A stretch of DNA of 64,000 bases from Psilocybe cubensis (lineage: Eukaryota), in contig CM039001.1 of the NCBI GenBank assembly GCA_017499595.2, forward strand, positions 496,001 to 560,000, given 5' to 3'. Both the position numbers and the translations under genes were made by a program. The notes under the pieces are model-generated. The model did no database searches, was not told where the DNA came from, and was given only the letters and a program-made list of their open reading frames with translations. Shown here one piece after another: positions 56,059-64,000 of the stretch. How positions within the stretch are numbered: the first letter of the stretch is position 1; every line of letters begins with the position of its first letter.

Positions 56059-57634
56059 ATGTCTCCGACATCCCCTAGCGCATCAGCACGATATTGGCTT
56101 TTGAAAGCCGAGCCGGACACCCGCATCGTTAAGGGAAAAGATGTCAAAGTGAGTTCGCGTCGGACTCGTTTTTCCTGTGTTCAGTGTGGCAGTGAAATGC
56201 ACCTCGCTCGGCGGCTTCATATGCACTGGTTGAATGGCGTTGACACCGCGTCATAATCTCGTCTTTGAAGTACTAAACCTGTTTTCTTGTGGTTGATTTC
56301 GGCAGTTCAGTGTCGATGACTTTGAACGCGTCAAAACATCGCCCTGGGAAGGTGTACGGAATTACGAGGCGCGAAATCTGATGAGAGAGATGAAAGAAGG
56401 AGATAAAGTGCGTTTTAGTATCTTTCTTCATCGCGTCTTGCTCATATTAATGTACTGTTCTATGTTTAGGCTCTGTTTTATCACTCCAACTGCAAAGTGC
56501 CAGGTATGTCATACTTCCACTTCTTTCGTGATTGGATTATGAAAACGAAGAAAATACAATGCTAATGCATCTCCTTTTATCTCTATCTCTTATGTTAGGC
56601 ATCGCCGCTTTTGCACAGGTACGACTCGACGCCGTGCTGAGATGAAATTATGAGGAAGTAAACGAATTACGTTTTTATGCCTGTGTCCACTAGGTTTCCA
56701 AAGAAGCCTATCCAGACTGTAAGAACATCTATATCTTTTTTCGCTGAAGTTCACAGGGCTGATACTTTTCCTTGAAGACACTGCTTGGGATTCGTGAGTC
56801 GTCGGTTCTTCAACTGTTTTCCAGTCGCTATGACGCTGCATCTAACAATGTTTTCACTCCCTAATTTTGCAGATCACACCCGTACTTTGACCCTGTAAGC
56901 CAATCGCGCTCATCTTCCCTCATCCAGAAATCAGAACTCACGTTTCCATCATCCATTTCCCAGAAATCAGATTCCGAAGATCCCAAATGGTTCATGGTGG
57001 ATCTAACCTTCACATCTCGCGCACCGCACTTCGTGCCACTTGCGCTTCTTCGAAAGATTGCAGACCTGGCGCCCTCGCAGGGTATTCCGGAGGAGGTCGG
57101 TTATCTGGGTGAAGCTGGGGTTGCTTCAATTAAAAGTGCGTAGTACATCTTCACTATAGGCTCGAGTGTATACGCTGGAGGGGGCTGTGTAGGAAATGTT
57201 GCTGTATAGGCTGACAGGACTTCGTAGACATGGATCTGGTAACACGGGGGCGTCTGAGTGTGCAGCGTGTCGAAGAAGGAGCGTGGAAAGCTATCAACGA
57301 GCTGGCAAGCCGCGGAGGATGGGAGGAGATGGATCTTCGACCAGGAAAGAAACTCGAGAAGGCCAAAGATGGAGAACCAAAAGCGAAGTCAAGCCTTAAA
57401 GAGAAAGCGAAGCCTAAACCTAGAAAAAAGGCGTCAGAAACTAAGGAGGACAATAGCATGTCAAATGATACCAAGACTCGGGTAGACGGCGACAAGGAAA
57501 AGCCTCTTGGGAAAGCCACTGATGAGAAGAGAAAGGTTCCAGCCAAACGAAAACGCGAGGCTAAAGCTGAACCTGACTCTGAGGTGGCAAATGAACGTGA
57601 TGGCTTGAGGCGATCTACACGAGCCAGGAAATAG
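56059..57634 (+). CDS. EVE-domain protein (THYN1/Thy28-like) with a Lys-rich C-terminal tail
   Basis: YWLLKAEP, FSVDDF, WEGVRNYEARN, LFYHSNCK, AYPD, HPYFDP, PKWFMVD and RGRLSVQRV. Confidence 0.92.
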
Positions 57635-59623
57635 ACAATTATTCGATTTTAAATAAATTAAGTATGTATTTCAGTGTAATTTAATGCTCAACAGTGCTTT
57701 ATTCCTGTTTACAAAATGTAAATCTCAACGGCAATGCGAGGGCTTGAGCAAGACATGACTTGATACTGATGTTGAGCAACTTCCACGCAAACTCCTGTAC
57801 TATCGACGGTTAATCCTGTTTGTAAATTGCTCTGACTCTCGTGCCCGCCTCTAGTTATCCAATTCATTGCTCAACGGTAAACCGAAAGAATGCTTTCTAC
57901 TTGCCCCAGTGGTGCATTTTATTTAGGCGGCTAATTATAGAACACCCGTAGACAAAAATAACTGGTACTATGTGCTTGCAAATGGCGACCTATCTTATGG
58001 CGTAACTCTGGATGTTGCGTAGTCGATGATGACGTTTCTTATATATATTATAAGAAAGGTATATATGTTATGAAACACTCTTGCTTTGCACAGTCATTGT
58101 ATTCAGGAATCGGTGCCTAACTAGTATTAATGATGAAGGAACGTCAGGACGAGGGGCATGAGCCATAAATGAACACTGGATAATCTATAACCATGAATCC
58201 ATTCTGGTATTATTTGAAGACTGAATAGAGAATGTTTCTGTAGCAGCGCTGCGGTCATTCACTCCCATGATCCTTCGAGTACGGTTTGATATGATTCTTG
58301 GATTGGATATTTATTAGAGTTGAATGTTGTGGAAGAACAGTCGAGATAAGATGGATATAAATTTTATATTCTATAATTGCATCTTCTTGAAAATTCTGTA
58401 CTCCCATGATATCGGAAGGAACGGTTTTGTGGATTAAAGTTCGTCATTATCCTTCTCGACATCAGGATGTGACTATTTTTAGACGAGAAAGTCTAACTAT
58501 CTTTCCAGGGACGCTGTTCCTACTGTACGTTATACGAGTGCGAATAGTATGTCACTAGTAGATTACTTACTTAGTCTTACTAGCACCTCTTTGAAACGAA
58601 ACTTTCTCTTCAATGATGATAGAGATCTCCCATGTAAGTACTAAATTTAGAGTTGTGTCTAAACACAAATTTGGTCTACTCTGTTACTTCATTCAATGCT
58701 GCGCTGAATTACGGTTGTATGAGCGTTTACCTATGGCAGTAAAAGCTCATCGGCGCATCGGCAAAGGTCGTGTTTCTGCAGTGGGAACTTGCTAAATTTA
58801 TGTTCAAGTACCAATGTTCTACGCGCCCTTCATGCGCGGCATCTACCTGAATTAGAATGCCGTCCTTCCGATTTCCTCCTAAATGCGCATGCGCCAATGG
58901 TTTGGATGAGCAGAGTCGTGAGATCCTGTTGGTCGATGGCCATAGAAATTGATTTCTATCTCCCGCAAGACTGCTACTAGTCCGGAGAGTACGGGTCTCA
59001 GGGAGAGGAAATTGTGTTCATCCTTGGAGTTCCTTGGAGCGGAAAATGATTTTGTTTACATTGATTCTCCGTGTACTGAGGTCGCCCCGGCTTTCCTTTG
59101 GAAAAGACGTCATTTGTGGTGGGTTGGGCATTCGCATAGTCCTGAAGTATACCTTTCTGCATAATTTTATACCGCAGTAACGTCCTGGAAAGAATGCTTC
59201 ATTCAGGCATGGAAGGAGTCAAAATAGTACCCATGACCTTTCTATTGGAGGCCAAGCCGCGTAGCCGCGCCGCGGCAAGTATCCAAGAGCTCAGATTCAT
59301 TCTCAGCGGGTATCTTCACAGCCACAAATTGCCTTGGAAATCAAAGGTGCATTGCATTTTTGGATACCAAACAATGTATTCAAATTTTTCTAGTACGCCT
59401 CTATGAGTTTCAGGTCAAAGCAAAAGAAAGTGTAATATCAATAATCAGACGAAGAGATGTATCGGAGGAGCCTGTCGGAGGCTGTGTGCTGCGCATGTGT
59501 CTTAGCGTGGAGATGGACCCATATAGGGCGAGCATGTGCCTCGACCTCCCTTACAGGGTTCTCACTGGCTCATTTCGCTTATAAGACGCTGTTTATTCAG
59601 TAGTCCTTCTCACTCTCTACAAG

Positions 59624-61111
59624 ATGTCTTACCCACAGAACGGAATGGACTCAAAGGCTCGCTCGCAGTCGCCTTCAGACGGCAATGTCGTCGATCATCA
59701 TGCTGCAGGAGGTGAGAGAAGGTTGATTATATTGGTGGTCTACCATTCTAATTGATTCTCGCATCTAAGTTACAGAAGATGCGCCAGTAGGGCCGAGGAG
59801 GAGCGGAAATTCTGGTGAACAGACTATGATTCATGTGCAACCATTGAAGCGCACCGAGATGCAGGTATGCCAAATCAACCGTTGCGCATCGTTAAATTTT
59901 GTTTCTTAGAGTCTATGTCTGTTTAGCCATCGTACGCTCAGGATCTTGGTACAGGAGAGGTCACGCATGGAGTGTATGGCTCGCTTTTGCAAGGGTTGGG
60001 AACTGTTGTTGGATTCTTTGGAGCGATTCCTTGTTGCCCATGCCCCAACCCATTCCGAAATGTTCAACAAGGTGAACTTCATGTCAGAACTCGGTTGGTG
60101 GGCCAACACTGACATATCCGTCAATTCAAGGTTCTGTGGGTCTCGTCTCACGCTTTGGACAATTCTACAAGTCGGTCGACCCCGGTTTAGTCCAAGTGAA
60201 CGTATGCACGGAATCGCTCCGCATCGTCGACGTCAAGATCCAAATCAGCCCTATTGGAAGGCAGATGGTGATGTAATTAGCAACGCTTTCCCGCCTCTTT
60301 TTTACCAGCCGCTAATCATATTTTGAATTTAGCACTCGTGACAACGTCAACGTCGAAATGTATGTTTAGAAATCCCAGGCCTGGTTTATTTGTGAGGACG
60401 ATACTCACACTGTTTTTTCTTCACAGCGACTCGGTCATCTATTTCCAAATCTGCAACCCCTACCGCGCCGCGTTCGGCATTACCGACTTGCGCCAGGCCC
60501 TCATCGAGCGAGCCCAGACAACGCTGCGACATGTTGTTGGCGCACGGGCTGTGCAGAGCGTCGTCACCGAGCGTGAAGCCATCGCATTTGAAATTGCCGA
60601 GATCGTTGGTGACATTGCGGATAAGTGGGGTGTTGCCATTGAGGGTATCCTCATCAAGGACATCATTTTCAGTCCGGAAGTATCAGCATCGCTCTCCAGT
60701 GCTGCTCAACAGAAGAGGATTGGAGAGTCGAAGGTCATTGCTGCACGCGCCGAAGTTGACGCGGCTAGGTTAATGAGGCAGGCAGCTGATATTTTGGCAT
60801 CACCTGCTGCCATGCAGATCAGGCAGTTGGAAGCTCGTAAGTTTCTTTTTATTCATGGCTGCTCATGGATTTGAAGATGGCCTCGGGACTGACTGTATCT
60901 TTACCTGCATTTCTCAGTGCAACAAATGGCCAAATCAGCGAACAGCAAAGTGGTCTTTGTTCCGATGCAACTTCAAAGCGACGTGACCGGCCAGCTTGCC
61001 TCTGGGTCGGGGTTGAACCAAATTATACAGAACGAATCTGGGACAACACCGGAAGGTTCGTTGGGCATGGCTGGTCGCGTCGGTGTGCTGAACAGCGTTT
61101 CAGAGGTGTAA
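59624..61111 (+). CDS. Stomatin-like SPFH/Band 7 protein
   Basis: QGSVGLVSRFGQFYKSVDPG, ERAQTTLRHVVG and AARLMRQAADILASPAAMQIRQLEA. Confidence 0.93.
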
Positions 61112-61691
61112 ACAGTATGACGACTTGCCGAAATACCCGTTTATTCCTGAATTCTACATTTTTGCTATGTCAGGCTCCTACGACCTGTATTCTTTGATGA
61201 CCATCTTTCGCCTTTCTTATGATTCCCATTATTCCTTCATACCCTTTGTAACTGTATCCCCTGTTACTCTTAATATTGCCACCTGCTATCATTTTCCTAC
61301 ACCAACCTTCCTACGATTTCTGCATACGACTATAACGATGTCGTTTGCAACGCCCATTCCATCATTATTTCGATGTAGGGAATAACGATGCAATTGTGAT
61401 ACTATTTCCGTGTAATTACTTATGTCCTTCAATGATTATGCCATTCACGGTACCGGGAGGTCAGATCTAAGATATCATGATTGAATGAATCCGAAGTGAA
61501 TCGCGATCTTTTTCGTCAACTCATAAAGATTACATTAGATGAAATAGCTACATTCTGATCCACTAAACCCAAACCTGCCCAAGATAATAAACCCAAAATG
61601 AGAAGAAAGAAATGATGCGTCGTTAACTTGATATTTCGTGTGTTTATATTGCCTCCTTCTATTACATAGACACACACTTGGATTGGTTTCA

Positions 61692-64000
61692 TTACGCCGC
61701 TGTGGAAGGAGCAGCCTGGAGAATTAGAAGACTGGCATTGACGTTGGTAGCCACCAGTGCGGCGCCGACGTCACCCAACGTCTTTGGCACAGAACTGCTC
61801 GTGCTAGCCACCGTGGCCGCACCATTCGCGTTTCCACCATCGCCTGTTGCAAGTCTTTGCAGCTCGTCACGCAAAGACTCGACAGCCAGCCTGCGCGAGC
61901 GCCCAGCAACGACAATGAGGGTCCGCTGGAACGTTTTTGCGGCTTCTTCCTTCGCAAGTTCCGTGACGCGGCGAAGGGGTGTGGGCGTAGATTCGACATG
62001 GAATGTTATGCGTGAAAGAGAAGTAAGACGGGGTTCGGAGGACTCGGGGCGGGTGAAGCGGTCCCAGAGAATGCTGTCAGCTGTGTTGGAGGAAAGAAGG
62101 GTTTGTGTAGTGTGAGCGCCATATACAGTGTCTGCAGCAGCGACGGTCTAAGAAAAGAAAAATTAGCCATAAGCGATGATATATTTGTCATTGACTCACA
62201 TGTTGCAGCGGAGGAAGGACGAGAGCGGCTGTGGAACCATCACGATGTCCTTCGTCACCTGGTGTGTGCATATCGGGTACAGCCTCCGTTTTGTTGAGTT
62301 TCACAACTTTCGCAGTAACTCCTGGACATTCGCACATTTGCACCACGAGAGCCAATGCCAGACGATCATCGGGTCCACCAAAGAACGGTAGGAACAAGTG
62401 CTGCTTGCCAGTGCCATTAGATACGACACCACTGCCACTACCGATTACCCCACGATCGACAAAGAGGCCAATATCGCAAGGCGATTTGGCAAAGACGTTT
62501 CGAATATATTCAGAGTAGACGTACGAGCTCGTCTGATCTTGCGTGGTCGTTTTGTGGAAAATACCATCGAACGGGTTGCGCGTGCCCACTGCTACTCCTT
62601 GCTGTTGTCCTGCCTCGCCTGCGACATCCTCCAATACAGACGTTATACCCCTTGCCCAAGGAATGAGCACCAGCTGCGCCGACGTGTCCGCAACGTGCTT
62701 CGCAATCGTTTCAGGGAATTCGTCAAAATTGACAACAGCGAGGTTGGCCATGACATTGAAATTGTGTAGCTGTCCAAACGTGCGGTACACGGACACGACC
62801 GGATCGTTGTAGATCAGGGAGCTGGCCTCTTGAGAACGCAGCACTGCAGATGTACGATTGGTAAGTTCCATAAGACGAAGAGCTTCGATTGAAATTGGGG
62901 TTGAGTTTGACGAAGGGGATGGGTTTGATTGAGACGCAGCTTCAACATTTTGTATATCATCGGCATTGGCTCTAACGTTATCAACGAGATTCGATGAGAG
63001 TGGTGCCACAGAGTAGCTTTCAGGAGCTTGAAAGAGTTGTGAGAGAGTCATAGCTGCCGACAGCGCCTCAAACTTATCGAGGACAATTGCAAATCTGGTT
63101 TTTCTGTGATCATCAGGTGGAGGGCCAGAGATGCTAGTAGGCTTTTCGTCGCTTTCATTAACCTTATCTCCCCGGTGATGAACCCTGTGTCTTGCAGGAT
63201 AAAATAAAAGGACAAGTGGCGTGGTCATGAATGTGAGCACCAGCGCGTGCACCACAAACATAGAAAATGTCTTGGTATTTAGGATGTTGGCTTGAAGCCC
63301 GATGTTGAGAACGATTAGTTCGACTAGGCTGTTATTGCAGGGTCAGGACAACGCTACTGACAGAACAGATAAACAAATAAGAAACGTACCCTTTGCAACT
63401 CATAAGCGAACCAATTGCACCAGATTCTCTCCAATTGAAACCCGTAAGACGAGCAGCACCTCCGCAAGCGACGAACTTAGAGGTGAAAGCAACAAGACAG
63501 ATGATCACGATATATCCCCAATCAACACCGTTATTCAGAAGACCAAGATTAGTTCTGAGACCTGAAAGCGTGAAATACTATGACAAGCGAGAAAAAAATC
63601 AGCGAGAAATGCTATAACCAGACGAAAAGGCCTACAATTGGCAGGAATAAAATCGTGACCAAGTCTTCGATTTTTTCAACAATTGAAATCGCGAAACCGT
63701 TATCATGGGGGATAATCAAGCCAGCAAGGAATCCTCCTGTGGTTGTTTCCTTCAGATACTAACAAAATCGATGTAATCAAGCTGCTCACCGAAGATAGCA
63801 TGCACACCGATGATGTCAGTGAAGAAGGCTGAGATGAAAACGACGAGCAAAGTTATTGTCATCATGAAAGGTGTAGGCGACCCTTGTTCCAAACTTCCTG
63901 TACGTCGCGCCATCCAACGGAATGCCCATCGTCCAGGATACAAAAGGAATATAGTGTATCCTGCACAGACAAGTAATACCCATAGCGCAGTCAATCCAGA
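61692..64000 (-). CDS. KHA1-like cation/H+ antiporter (CPA2 family), 3' part; the 5' end lies beyond the window
   Basis: [51 protein letters not shown] and [12 protein letters not shown]. Confidence 0.9.

Noticed and set aside
56149-56305. Intronic snoRNA in the longer first intron of the EVE gene
   Set aside because: Only a weak hairpin is visible, with no convincing C/D or H/ACA boxes by eye.
57650-59600. Gene or transposon in the 2-kb AT-rich intergenic region
   Set aside because: Only short ORFs without motifs; I saw no terminal repeats.

Overview
Intron-rich basidiomycete (agaric) genomic DNA, most likely Psilocybe cubensis or a close relative. The evidence is the gene at 6778-10281, which closely matches my recollection of PcncAAAD, the calcium-activated non-canonical aromatic L-amino acid decarboxylase; this needs an alignment to confirm. 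The window holds about 22 genes or gene relics, in order: an Amo1/Nup42-like CCCH-FG nucleoporin, TAF4, ncAAAD copy 1, a pepsin-like protease, fungal-kinase (FunK1) relics, an F-box-like protein, a CH-like hypothetical protein, SMC5, RRP43, HOM2, ncAAAD copy 2, a class I HDAC, an AlkB-type dioxygenase, two hotdog thioesterases, a membrane protein, MCD4/PIG-N, an arrestin-like protein, an EVE-domain protein, a stomatin and a partial KHA1-like antiporter. Three observations stand out. (1) A second full-length ncAAAD paralog lies in inverted orientation 24 kb away. The two copies share a 158-bp perfectly identical tract that includes a whole intron, while the other introns I compared have diverged, which suggests gene conversion and possibly an inversion bounded by the two copies. 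(2) An exon of the Amo1/Nup42-like gene encodes 11 GW/WG motifs resembling an Argonaute hook; this frame is not shown in the ORF track. (3) A palindromic 54-bp minisatellite and a 139-bp-arm fold-back element lie upstream of ncAAAD copy 2. Splice boundaries were read by eye. I found no rRNA, tRNA, CRISPR array or psilocybin (psi) cluster genes.
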